Positions 18,227 through 27,065 are shown, counted from the first letter of the stretch. The stretch is DNA of 64,000 nt from Limisphaerales bacterium (GCA_965284395.1 OZ260084.1:595401-659400); one strand, 5' to 3'. Translations and numbers: made by a program. The notes: a model not told the origin generated them from the letters alone.

Positions 18227-20854
18227 CTACCGTCGCTTCCGTTCCCGTTCCTCTTCCTCTTCTTCCTCCTCGGTCTCGGCGGACAGGACGAATCCGGCCC
18301 GGACGGGCGCCGGCATCACGGAAGCCGCCCCTCGCACCGACCGCCAGATGACCTCGTTGAGCTCAAGGTCGTCGGCTGCGTCCTCCCGCGTCAGGTCCAT
18401 CCGCTCGGATTTCTCGTGTCCCCAGGCATCCGCAAGGTTGCGGGCATTCAGATCTGCGTGCGGCACGACCGCCGTGTAGGTCGAGAGGTCCGGCTTGGAT
18501 CCGAAGCTCGCGAACATCGGCATGGCTGCCGCATCGAACTGGCTCATCGGCTTCATGCCGAGGATCAGCTCCATCGTGCGCAGCATGCTGCACGTGGAAT
18601 ACAACGTTGAGTCCACCGTGTGCTTCCGAACGTAGGGACTGATCACGTAGGCGATCGTCCGGTGGGCGTCGATGTGGTCCGATCCGTTCTGCGCATCGTC
18701 TTCCACGACGAAGATGGCCGTACTGGCCCAGAACTTGGACCGACTGACGGCTTCCACCACACGGCCCAAGGCGAGGTCATTCTCGGCCATGTAGGCCGTG
18801 GGCGTCGGCTTGCCACGACTGGTCCCGGCCGTGTGGTCATTGGGAAGCCGGACAATCTGGAGCCGGGGCATCTCGCCCTCGCGTTCAAACCGCGCCAACT
18901 CCGAAATGAATCGGTCGGCCCGGGCCAGATCGCTGTAGTCCATGTCGAAGCTTCGGAAACCCGGGTCGAAGTGCCCCTTGAGATTCGCCACCAGCGTCGT
19001 GCAGGGATCGTTCGTCGTCGCCCCGTTGTTCACGAACTCGCCGTAGCTCCGATAGGTCACCCCGGCCGCCTTCGCCCGATCCCAGAGGTATCCCCCCGCC
19101 GGGGTCGCAATCCGGAACCGCCCCTCGCTCGGATAGGCGTACTTGCGATCCTGATTGTGCCCGTAGCTCATCGGCCACATCCGCTCCACGAAGTCCGTGG
19201 CATACGCGCCCATCGTCCATTCGTGTCCGTCGGCGCTGACCTCGCTCTCGACATAGAAGTTGTCCAGCAACACGAACTCGCGCGCGAGCCGATGATGATT
19301 CGGTGTAATGGCCTCCGGGAAGAGGCACAACGTGGGATCGCCCTTCCCTTCGGGCATGTCGCCCAGCACCTGATCGTAGGTCCGGTTCTCCTTGATGATA
19401 TAGATGCAGTGGCGGATCGGCGAAGCCCCCCCGGCCACCAACGGGATCGGATGATTGGCCGGCAACTCCTTCGGCGGCGCAGGGGGCCGGCATAGGTAGG
19501 TCCGTTTCGTGAACTCCCGCAACTTCTCCTCCAGATCCTCCCGATCCTTCGGCAGGTCGATGATCGACAGCGAACCCGGGAACAACCCGGCGATGTACTC
19601 CCGGATGGTTGCCGGCACCTCGTTGCCAGGCTGCGGCCCGTATCGGTTCGCACGCGAAGCCAAGCCCTTGCCGTTCGCCACCAACAGGCGCTTCCCATCC
19701 GGGGTTACCCGTACCGAGGTCGGGTACCAACCCACCGGGATGAACCCCATGGAACGGCTGCGTCCGGGTTCGCGGACGTCGAAGACGGCCACGGCATTGA
19801 TGTTGGCGTTGGCGACGAAGAGGAGGCCTTCGTCAGGGCTCAGCGCGAGGCTGTTCGGCGTCGATCCCGGAGGTGAATCGGGCTCCAACTCCGCCGCCAG
19901 CGTCTCCGTCACCCGCCCGGTCTCAGCATCCAGAACGCTGACGGTGTTCCGGTTGGCATTGGCCACGAAGAGGAACTTTCCATTCCGGCTCAGCAGCATC
20001 TCGTTCGGATGGTCCTGCACGGCCCACCTGGCGGTCACACTTCCGGAATCCAGGTCGATCACCCCGACGCCAGCCAACCCCCAGAGGCTCACGTAAAGCC
20101 GGTGCCGCTTCGCATCCACCACGCACGCGTACGGGTAGGGTGCCGTGCTGTTCACGGCCTCGAGCAACGCCCGGGCCCGCTTGGTGATGGCTTCATCATC
20201 CACATCCCGGAGCGGATCGCCGTCACCGGTGGCCGGCGCCGTCGACCGATCCGCCAGCTCAATTTCCCGCGACACCTGGGCCGTGCCCGTCGCCCGATCC
20301 AACTTCAACTCGGTGACCGAGTGCCCCAGCACGTTCGCTGACCAAAGCCGGCTGCCATCCGGGTGCACCGCCAACCCGCTGGGTACACCCCGTTCCTTCG
20401 CATCCCTCAGGGCGAAGCTCACGGGATTCGAAAGCAGTCCGCGCGAGAAATCGAACGCGTGGACCGTTTCCTTGCCTGCGCCGCTGGCGTAGAGCCGCCG
20501 CCCGTCCTCGGAGAACGCCAGCCCATAGAACGCCTCGGCTACCGGCACCTGGCAAACGATCCGGCCTGTTCCCACGTCCACCACGATGACCTCGTGGGGC
20601 CCGTAGCCCGAATGCAATACCGCCGCGTACTTGCCCGACGGATCCACAGCCACGTTCACCGGAAAATCGCCCAAGCGAACCTGCTTCCCGACCGGATCCA
20701 ACGCCCACTGGTTGGGAAGCCGCACCGTCCCGTCCTTCCGGCTCCCGGGCCAGTTTCCTGCACCCTCGGCAGACCTGCGGACAGGCCCATCTCCCGTGGA
20801 ACAACCAGCCGCGAGGGCAAGGACGCACGCCAGTGCAGTGGGTGAGTACTTCAT
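18227..20854 (-). CDS. lipoprotein fusion: YVTN/YncE-like beta-propeller + phosphoesterase (phospholipase C / AcpA family) domain, poly-Glu C-terminus
   Basis: Track ORF trimmed to ATG 20854 (MKYSPTALACVLALAAGCS lipobox). Propeller blades (RLYVSLWGLAGVGVIDL, FLFVANANRNTVSVLD, LLFVANANINAVAVFD). The phosphoesterase hallmark IKENRTYDQVLGDM is followed by a DGHEW-type segment. Ends ETEEEEEEEERERKRR. Confidence 0.8.
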   Translation of the reverse strand: MKYSPTALACVLALAAGCSTGDGPVRRSAEGAGNWPGSRKDGTVRLPNQWALDPVGKQVRLGDFPVNVAVDPSGKYAAVLHSGYGPHEVIVVDVGTGRIVCQVPVAEAFYGLAFSEDGRRLYASGAGKETVHAFDFSRGLLSNPVSFALRDAKERGVPSGLAVHPDGSRLWSANVLGHSVTELKLDRATGTAQVSREIELADRSTAPATGDGDPLRDVDDEAITKRARALLEAVNSTAPYPYACVVDAKRHRLYVSLWGLAGVGVIDLDSGSVTARWAVQDHPNEMLLSRNGKFLFVANANRNTVSVLDAETGRVTETLAAELEPDSPPGSTPNSLALSPDEGLLFVANANINAVAVFDVREPGRSRSMGFIPVGWYPTSVRVTPDGKRLLVANGKGLASRANRYGPQPGNEVPATIREYIAGLFPGSLSIIDLPKDREDLEEKLREFTKRTYLCRPPAPPKELPANHPIPLVAGGASPIRHCIYIIKENRTYDQVLGDMPEGKGDPTLCLFPEAITPNHHRLAREFVLLDNFYVESEVSADGHEWTMGAYATDFVERMWPMSYGHNQDRKYAYPSEGRFRIATPAGGYLWDRAKAAGVTYRSYGEFVNNGATTNDPCTTLVANLKGHFDPGFRSFDMDYSDLARADRFISELARFEREGEMPRLQIVRLPNDHTAGTSRGKPTPTAYMAENDLALGRVVEAVSRSKFWASTAIFVVEDDAQNGSDHIDAHRTIAYVISPYVRKHTVDSTLYSTCSMLRTMELILGMKPMSQFDAAAMPMFASFGSKPDLSTYTAVVPHADLNARNLADAWGHEKSERMDLTREDAADDLELNEVIWRSVRGAASVMPAPVRAGFVLSAETEEEEEEEERERKRR

Positions 20855-20920
20855 GTGCCAGTCAGCATGCTCTGGGGCACGAACCCGGAACAAGTGACGA
20901 GTCGGTTACTGCCCGAACGG

Positions 20921-20988
20921 GCCGGCAACGTCCTCGTGGGCTTCCCCAGCTGTTTTCCCGGGGCGACGAGGACGTCGCCACCCCGAAA
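20921..20988. repeat. R2 repeat module between pstB and the phosphoesterase gene
   Basis: GGCCGGCAACGTCCTCGTGGGC...GGGGCGACGAGGACGTCGCCACCCCG. Confidence 0.7.
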
Positions 20989-20989
20989 C

Positions 20990-21775
20990 TCACCCATAGT
21001 GCCCACCCAGATACTCCGCCGTCCGAGGGTCACGCGGTTGACGGAAGATCCTGGCGGACGGCCCCTGCTCCACCAATTCCCCCAGCAGCAGATAGGCCGT
21101 GTCGTCACTCACCCGTCGGGCCTGTGCCAGGCTGTGCGTCACCAGCACGACCACCCGACCCGGACACAGCTCGCGCATCAGGATTTCCAGTGACTCGGTG
21201 CCGGCCGCATCCAGCGCCGAACAGGGTTCGTCCAGCAACAGCACCGACGGCTTCATCGGCAACAACCGGGCGAAGCACAGCCTCTGCTGCTGTTCGAGGG
21301 ACAGTGCTCCCGCCGGGCGGGCAAGCCGATCCCGAACCGCCTCCCACAACCCCACTCCCCGCAGGGCCTGCTCAACGGCATCCGCCACTTCCGAGCGGGC
21401 CGGACGACCAGCTTCGCCGTGGATCCGAAGGCCGAACGCGACGTTCTCGAAGATCGAAAGCGGGAGCGGATTCGGCCGTTGAAAAACCATCCCGACCTGC
21501 CGGCGCAGTTCGCGTACACAGACGTCCGAGGCCAGGATGTCCTGCCCCAGCACCCGGATGCTGCCAGTCGTCCGGGCCGCTGGATTGCGTTCATGAACAC
21601 GGTTGAGGCAACGCAACAGCGTCGTCTTGCCGCATCCGGATGGACCTACCAGCGCTGTGATCCGTCCCGCCTCGAAACGGGTGGTCACCCCGTGCAGCGC
21701 CTGAAAGCCGCCGTACCAGCACTTCAAGTCCTGGATGTCGACGCCTCCGCTGTCCGTTGAACTCGATTCGTTCAT
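20990..21775 (-). CDS. pstB: phosphate ABC transporter ATP-binding protein PstB, paralog with degenerate signature motif
   Basis: GPSGCGKTTLLRCLNR, GMVFQRPNPLPLSIFENVAFG, VLLLDEPCSALD, VLVTHS and C-terminal EYLGGHYG. The signature reads LSLEQQQRL instead of LSGGQQQRL. Confidence 0.9.
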   Translation of the reverse strand: MNESSSTDSGGVDIQDLKCWYGGFQALHGVTTRFEAGRITALVGPSGCGKTTLLRCLNRVHERNPAARTTGSIRVLGQDILASDVCVRELRRQVGMVFQRPNPLPLSIFENVAFGLRIHGEAGRPARSEVADAVEQALRGVGLWEAVRDRLARPAGALSLEQQQRLCFARLLPMKPSVLLLDEPCSALDAAGTESLEILMRELCPGRVVVLVTHSLAQARRVSDDTAYLLLGELVEQGPSARIFRQPRDPRTAEYLGGHYG

Positions 21776-22533
21776 CCGAACCTCCCCTCGACATAGGCCC
21801 TCGTCCGCTCAGCGCCACCGCCACCAAACATCGCCGCCGTCGCCCCCAGTTCCACCTGCTCACCCGCCAGCAGGAACAGCGTCCGGTCGGAAAGCCGCTT
21901 CGCCTGGGCCAGGAGATTGGTCACCAGAACCACGGTCAGTTCGGACCTCAGCTCTCGCAGGATCTCCTCGATCCGCATGGTCGTCACCGGGTCGATGGCG
22001 ATGGAGAATTCGTCCAGACATAGAATCTCCGGGTGATGCGACAGCGCCCGGGCCAGCGCAAGCCTCTGCTGCTGCCCGCCCGAGAGGCGCGTGCCCAACT
22101 GTCCCAACCGATCCTTCACCTCGTCCCAGAGCGCCGCCCGTCGCAGGGCTTGCTCCACCCTATGGTCGAGTTCCGCGCGGTCGCGAAGCCCCGCACAGCG
22201 CGCGGCAAAGGCGACGTTGTCGTAGATGGAGAGCGGGAGCCCGACCGGCAATGGTGCAACCATCCCGATCCGCCGCCGCAATTCCTCAACCGTTCCGCCG
22301 GACCGCACACAACGACCGTTCAGACAAACCGTCCCCTCGACCTGCGCACCGGGAACATGATCGATGGTCCGGTTCAGGCAGCGGAGAAGGGTCGTCTTGC
22401 CACTTTGAGCCGGACCGATCACCGCGAGGATCTCGTGTCGCACGACACCCAACTGGACGCCGCGCAACGCCAGATGGCTCCCGTAGGCCACCTGCAGGCC
22501 ATCGACGGTCAAGACGAGGTCGGGGGTACTCAT
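21772..22533 (-). CDS. pstB: PstB-like ATP-binding protein, paralog with degenerate Q-loop and H-loop
   Basis: GPAQSGKTTLLRCLNR, LSGGQQQRLALARAL and C-terminal AYVEGRFG. The Q-loop is GMVAPLP (no Gln), Walker B is ILCLDEF, and the H-loop is VLVTNL (His to Asn). ATGA overlap with the downstream pstB. Confidence 0.85.
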   Translation of the reverse strand: MSTPDLVLTVDGLQVAYGSHLALRGVQLGVVRHEILAVIGPAQSGKTTLLRCLNRTIDHVPGAQVEGTVCLNGRCVRSGGTVEELRRRIGMVAPLPVGLPLSIYDNVAFAARCAGLRDRAELDHRVEQALRRAALWDEVKDRLGQLGTRLSGGQQQRLALARALSHHPEILCLDEFSIAIDPVTTMRIEEILRELRSELTVVLVTNLLAQAKRLSDRTLFLLAGEQVELGATAAMFGGGGAERTRAYVEGRFG

Positions 22534-22536
22534 GGG

Positions 22537-23448
22537 TTACCAGCGTCGATGCGATCGCGTGCGGATCCGAATGACGATGGCGCCCGCGTTCACGAGCAAC
22601 ACGACCCCCAACAAGGTGAGGGCCGTCGCAGATGGAAGGGCTGGCCTCACCCCGGGCACCTGGGTGGACAACGTGTAGAGGTGCATCGCCAGGGCCATGC
22701 ACTGCTCGTCCAGGCGGTAGGCGAAGACGTCACCGGAGGCGACGGACTTATAGAAGACGGCCCCCGTGAAGAGGATCGGAGCCGTTTCGCCCGCGGCCCG
22801 GCTTACCTGGAGGATAATGCCGGTGAGGATCCCGGGCAGGGCATTCGGAAGGACGACTGCGCGCAGCGTCTGCCAACGCGTCGCACCCACATTCCAACAC
22901 GCCTCGCGGAAACTGGCCGGCACCGCCGCCAACGCCTCGCGCGTGCTCGTGATGATCACCGGAAGCGTCATCACCGCCAACGTCAGCGAGGCCGCGAGCA
23001 CCGAGTAGCCGAGTCGTGCCCCGTAGACGAACGCCCCGAGCCCGAACAACGCATGCACGATGCTCGGCACGCCACCGAGGTTGATCACCGCTATCTGGAT
23101 CACCCGGTTCCACCAGGAATCCCGGGCATACTCATGGAGGTAAACTGCCGCCGCCACCCCGACCGGTGTCGCCACCACCAGCGACAATCCCACCAGGTAC
23201 AACGTGCCCACCAGCGCAGGCCAAAGCCCCCCGTCCCGCATCCCGTTCCGAGGCGATTCCCAGAGCAACCTCCAATTCAATGCTGGCCATGCTTCCGTCA
23301 CCAGATGCGACAGGATCGCCACCAACGGAAGGATCAGGATCACGGTCAAGGCACCGAGAACCCAACGCACCCGCGATTCCAGACGCCTTTGGTACGCGCC
23401 CGCCGTCGTCTCGCGAAATGGGTTGGTGGAGCGGTCCGGCGCGTTCAT
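22537..23448 (-). CDS. pstA: phosphate ABC transporter permease PstA
   Basis: Track ORF 22537..23478. ATG 23448 (MNAPDRS...) gives an ATGA overlap with the pstC stop. Multi-TM protein with the EAA-like region ITSTREALAAVPASFREACWNVGATRWQT typical of PstA. Confidence 0.9.
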   Translation of the reverse strand: MNAPDRSTNPFRETTAGAYQRRLESRVRWVLGALTVILILPLVAILSHLVTEAWPALNWRLLWESPRNGMRDGGLWPALVGTLYLVGLSLVVATPVGVAAAVYLHEYARDSWWNRVIQIAVINLGGVPSIVHALFGLGAFVYGARLGYSVLAASLTLAVMTLPVIITSTREALAAVPASFREACWNVGATRWQTLRAVVLPNALPGILTGIILQVSRAAGETAPILFTGAVFYKSVASGDVFAYRLDEQCMALAMHLYTLSTQVPGVRPALPSATALTLLGVVLLVNAGAIVIRIRTRSHRRW

Positions 23449-24368
23449 GAGCCCTTCCTCCCTCCACGGACCAACCACTCGGCAAGCAGGTTGATCACCA
23501 GCGTGATTCCAAACAGCAACACGCCCGTCAGGAACAGGACGCGGTAGTGATCCGATCCCGCCGGCGCTTCACCCAGCTCAGCCGCGATGTTGGCCGTCAA
23601 CGTCCGGACCGGATCCAGGAGGCTGGTCGGGATCTGAACCGCATTCCCCGTCGCCATCAGGACCGCCATCGTCTCGCCGACGGCCCGGCCGGTCCCGAGC
23701 AGCACCGCCGCGAGGATCCCATGCCTTGCCCCAGGGAGCAGCACCCGCCAAGTTACCTGCCAACGCGTCGCCCCCATCGCCTCCGCAGCCTCGCGATGCG
23801 CATCCGGGACCGACCTCAACGCATCCTCCGCCAGCGAGACGATCACCGGCAGGCTCATCAAGGCCAGGATCAGCGCGCCGTTGAGGAGATTCACACCCAC
23901 CGCCGCGGGCGTACCCCACCGGATCACCCGGCTCATCACCGTCAACCCGACGAATCCCCAGACCACCGACGGGATCGCCGCCAGCAACTCGATGATGACC
24001 TTCAGGAACTCGCGGGTCCGCCCGCGACAGAACTCCGAAAGGAAGACCGCCGCCCCCAATCCCATGGGAACCGAGATCAACAACGAAACCCCCGTCACCG
24101 ATGCGGTCCCCGCCAGCAGGCCGAGCGCCCCGTACCTCACCCGCTGCGCCGAGGTCGGATACCATTCCACGCTTCCCAGAAACTCGGTGACCGAGAACCC
24201 CGGGCGCCCCAGCACAGGAAACGCTTCGCGAAAGATGAAGAACAGGATCGCGAGGACGAGGAACACCGAACTGAAGCCACTGATCCGGATCCACGACTCG
24301 ATCACCGCTTCGGACCACCGGATCCGTAGCGCCGTCCAGCGGGTGGGCGACAAGGTGAACCGCTTCAT
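23445..24368 (-). CDS. pstC: phosphate ABC transporter permease PstC
   Basis: Multi-TM protein. SLAEDALRSVPDAHREAAEAMGATRWQVTWRVLLP is typical of PstC. ATGA overlap with pstS. Confidence 0.9.
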   Translation of the reverse strand: MKRFTLSPTRWTALRIRWSEAVIESWIRISGFSSVFLVLAILFFIFREAFPVLGRPGFSVTEFLGSVEWYPTSAQRVRYGALGLLAGTASVTGVSLLISVPMGLGAAVFLSEFCRGRTREFLKVIIELLAAIPSVVWGFVGLTVMSRVIRWGTPAAVGVNLLNGALILALMSLPVIVSLAEDALRSVPDAHREAAEAMGATRWQVTWRVLLPGARHGILAAVLLGTGRAVGETMAVLMATGNAVQIPTSLLDPVRTLTANIAAELGEAPAGSDHYRVLFLTGVLLFGITLVINLLAEWLVRGGRKGS

Positions 24369-25297
24369 CGTTGGACCTCCATCAGGCGCCCCGTTGGCTG
24401 GCGGCGATCCGGCGGCACCGGGACGAACCCACTCGCCGGCACCCAGCCCTGCCCGGCATCCGAAAGGATCCAGCCCATGTAGTCGCGCACCTCCGGTCGC
24501 GGTTCGCCCAGGGCGTACACCAACAACGATCGCGCAATCGGATAGCGACCGCTGACCGTCGCCTCCGGGGTCGGTGCGATGGCCTCCTCCCCCGCCCGCT
24601 CCGCCACCCGCAACAATTTCACGCCCGGCACCGCGAAGCCCATCCCGCTGTATCCGATCGCGGTCGGGGTGCTCGCAATCAACTCCACCACCTCCTTCGA
24701 CCCGTTCAGCTCCAGTGTCCCCAGCCGGAAGTCCCGGTCGTTCAGGACCCGATGCCTCAGGAATTCGAAGGTCCCCCCGCTCGACTGCCGCCCAACCCTC
24801 ACAATCCGGTCATGCCGCGAATCCGGGATGCGCACGCCGAGTTCAGACCATCGGGAGATTCGCCCATCGACGGCAAAGAGCTCACGCAATTGCTCAAAGG
24901 TGATCGATTCGAGGGGATTGTCCCGATGCACGTAGATGGCCAGCGCATCGTAGCCCACCAGGTATTCCCTAGGCGCCTTGCCAGTCGCGGCCAACGCAGC
25001 CTGACCTTCCGCCCCCTTCAGATCCCGACTGCTGTTCGCCAGGTCCGCCGAGCCTCGGATCAGCGCGGCAATCCCAACCCCGGACCCGCCACCTGAGACC
25101 TCAACCCGCACTCCCGGCTCCACCGCCGCATAGGCCTCCGCCCACGCCTGCGCCAGGTTGACCATCGTATCCGACCCCTTGCCCAGGATCGGAGGCCCCC
25201 CAGCCGGCGGCCGCGAACAACCCGACATGAGGACCACGAACAGCAGCATCGCGGATCGCGACCCTCCAGCCGATCGAGGAACCCTCCGAATCATCAC
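24365..25297 (-). CDS. pstS: phosphate-binding lipoprotein PstS (PBP-like)
   Basis: Lipobox LLFVVLMSGCS; GSDTMVNLAQAWAEAY and VSGGGSGVGIAAL motifs of PstS-family binding proteins; first gene of the pst operon. Confidence 0.85.
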   Translation of the reverse strand: MMIRRVPRSAGGSRSAMLLFVVLMSGCSRPPAGGPPILGKGSDTMVNLAQAWAEAYAAVEPGVRVEVSGGGSGVGIAALIRGSADLANSSRDLKGAEGQAALAATGKAPREYLVGYDALAIYVHRDNPLESITFEQLRELFAVDGRISRWSELGVRIPDSRHDRIVRVGRQSSGGTFEFLRHRVLNDRDFRLGTLELNGSKEVVELIASTPTAIGYSGMGFAVPGVKLLRVAERAGEEAIAPTPEATVSGRYPIARSLLVYALGEPRPEVRDYMGWILSDAGQGWVPASGFVPVPPDRRQPTGRLMEVQR

Positions 25298-25414
25298 CCA
25301 CCCACGCTACGGTCCACAGGGGCTTCCGGGAATTCCCTGATCCCTCCAAGGGCCAATCGTAGCGCCGCCGCCACATCCCCGACACACGATCCCTCCTGCG
25401 TTGCCTTCGTTGCG

Positions 25415-25678
25415 TCACCCTTTGCCACCCGCCTGATGGATGATCTCGGCGACCTCGGCAGATGTCGGCAAGGATTCCTTGGATCGGTCCCGCTTCACTG
25501 CCGGACTTTGAGCCCAGTCCACGCGCGCCTTCGCCTCGTCCTGCGCCGGGACCAGACGGGCCACCGTCTTGCCCCGCTGCGTGATGACGATTTCTTCCCC
25601 CGCTCCAATCCACGCGAGGAGCGTGCTGTAGCGGTTTCTGAGGTCTCGAACGGTTGCCGTCTTCAAGATGCTCCACAT
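25415..25678 (-). CDS. Phd/YefM-family type II antitoxin, no adjacent toxin gene
   Basis: MWSILKTATVRDLRNRYSTLLAWIGAGEEIVITQRGKTVARLVP is the classic Phd/YefM N-terminal fold signature. ATG 25678 (the track starts at GTG 25687). Confidence 0.75.
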   Translation of the reverse strand: MWSILKTATVRDLRNRYSTLLAWIGAGEEIVITQRGKTVARLVPAQDEAKARVDWAQSPAVKRDRSKESLPTSAEVAEIIHQAGGKG

Positions 25679-25686
25679 TTGGAGCA
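25669..25686. promoter_or_regulatory. inverted repeat TGCTCCA-N4-TGGAGCA overlapping the antitoxin start codon (possible autoregulatory operator)
   Basis: Sequence TGCTCCACATTTGGAGCA read directly, with 7-bp perfect arms. Confidence 0.35.
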
Positions 25687-25723
25687 CATGGATGGACTGT
25701 CAATTGGGGGACCAGCGCCCCCC

Positions 25724-26086
25724 TCACTTCGCCCCCACGCAGTAGAGGAACTTGTCCGACCGGATCAACGGGCGGCTTCCGTCCACGGTCGGGCTCGCGT
25801 CGAAGCTGCTGCGATCCCGCAGGGCGTTCCGGGCGACGAGTTCAAACGTGGGCTTCGCCGCCAGGACCACGGTCCCGCCCCCACGATCCACGGCGTGGAT
25901 CCTCCCGTCGGCCAGCACGGGTGACGCATAGAATTGCGAGGCCTTCGGGATGCGCTCCTCGTAGACCAGCTCCCCATCCACCAGCGGCGTGCTGGACGCG
26001 TACCCGTGATCGCGGACCTTCGGCTCGTCCGGTTGTACCGCGGCAACATCCTTCTTCCACAGCAGGCTTCCGTCCCCACGCTTCAG
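25724..26086 (-). pseudogene. 5'-truncated remnant of a PQQ-like beta-propeller gene (last ~1.5 blades only)
   Basis: My translation gives YKLKRGDGSLLWKKDVAAVQPDEPKVRDHGYASSTPLVDGELVYEERIPKASQFYASPVLADGRIHAVDRGGGTVVLAAKPTFELVARNAL...FLYCVGAK. This parallels the C-terminus of the 12986..14368 product (GQELYRERLGGSHSASPLLADGLIHIASREGDIHVIRPGRKFELVAKNNL...ALYRIAA). Homology stops at an R1 repeat, with no signal peptide or N-terminal blades. Confidence 0.7.
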
Positions 26087-26087
26087 T

Positions 26088-26152
26088 TTGTAGGCCGCGT
26101 GCCCCCACGCGGCGAGGCATGGGCAGCGCCGGGTTGGGGCACCCGGCCTACA
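26088..26152. repeat. R1 palindromic repeat
   Basis: TTGTAGGCCGCGTGCCCCCACGCGGCG...GGGTTGGGGCACCCGGCCTACAA, with inverted arms. Confidence 0.75.
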
Positions 26153-26186
26153 ATGACTTTATCCGGGCCCCGCCTCGTGACCTCGG

Positions 26187-27065
26187 CTACCTGGGCGGCG
26201 CGACGAGGCTTCTGGCTGGATTGAAACCGGAATCTCCCTCCACCACCCGCGCCACCGCGCGGGCCGCCGCCGCAAATCCGAAAGCCCCGGTCACGAACGT
26301 CGCCGACCCAAACCCTCCATCGCAGTTCAGCCGCATCGATTCCCCCGCAGCACCCGCCTCTCGTACGGCACACACACCGCCATCCGCCGACGGAAACACC
26401 GGTGTCTCGGCGGAGCAGATGCACTCGACGCCGGACTTCCGGTCATTCCGCGGAAACCCATGTTCCTTCCTAAGCCGCTTCCGCACTTCGCTCAGCAACC
26501 GGTCATGCGTAACGCGGGCCAAATCCTCCACCCGCACCGCCGTCGGATCCCGCCGTCCACCCGCGCCGCCACAGACGACCAGAGGAATTCGATTCCCGTG
26601 GCACTGGGCGATGAGGTGGACCTTGTTCCGCACGCTGTCGATCGCGTCGACGACCACGTCCGGTCGATCCGCCGTGTGCTCCGCTTCCAACCCGAGCAAC
26701 CGCCCGGCGGAATCGGCTGTGTAGAACTCCATCTTCACGTCCACCCGGGTCCCGGCGTGGATGCCCCGGATCCGCTCCGCCATCACGTCTGCCTTCGCCC
26801 GGCCGAGCGTGGAATCCATGGCCGGCAACTGGCGGTTCACGTTCGAGACACAGACCTCGTCCAGGTCCACCAAGGTCAGACGCCCGACACCCGTCCGCGC
26901 CAGCGCTTCCGCAACCCACGATCCAACCCCGCCGATCCCGATGACCATCGCATGCGATCGACGAAGTCGGGCAAGGCCCTGCCGCCCGTACAACCGCCCG
27001 ATGCCACCAAACCGGAAATCGAAGTCGTCGCTCGCCAGGGAAGAAGCAGGATCCACAGATTTCAC
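26187..27065 (-). CDS. tcdA: tRNA threonylcarbamoyladenosine dehydratase (ThiF-family, TcdA/CsdL)
   Basis: FGGIGRLYG, VIGIGGVGSWVAEALARTGVG.LTLVDLDEVCVSNVNRQ, DAIDSV..K, GGAGG and GFGSATFVTGAFG are colinear with E. coli TcdA as I recall it. GTG start 27065 lies inside an R5 repeat, so the exact start is uncertain. Confidence 0.8.
   Translation of the reverse strand: MKSVDPASSLASDDFDFRFGGIGRLYGRQGLARLRRSHAMVIGIGGVGSWVAEALARTGVGRLTLVDLDEVCVSNVNRQLPAMDSTLGRAKADVMAERIRGIHAGTRVDVKMEFYTADSAGRLLGLEAEHTADRPDVVVDAIDSVRNKVHLIAQCHGNRIPLVVCGGAGGRRDPTAVRVEDLARVTHDRLLSEVRKRLRKEHGFPRNDRKSGVECICSAETPVFPSADGGVCAVREAGAAGESMRLNCDGGFGSATFVTGAFGFAAAARAVARVVEGDSGFNPARSLVAPPR

Noticed and set aside
25101-25727. 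208-aa minus-strand ORF, considered as the missing toxin partner of the Phd antitoxin
   Set aside because: It overlaps both the antitoxin and the start of pstS in another frame. It is Gly/Arg-rich and has no toxin-family motif.
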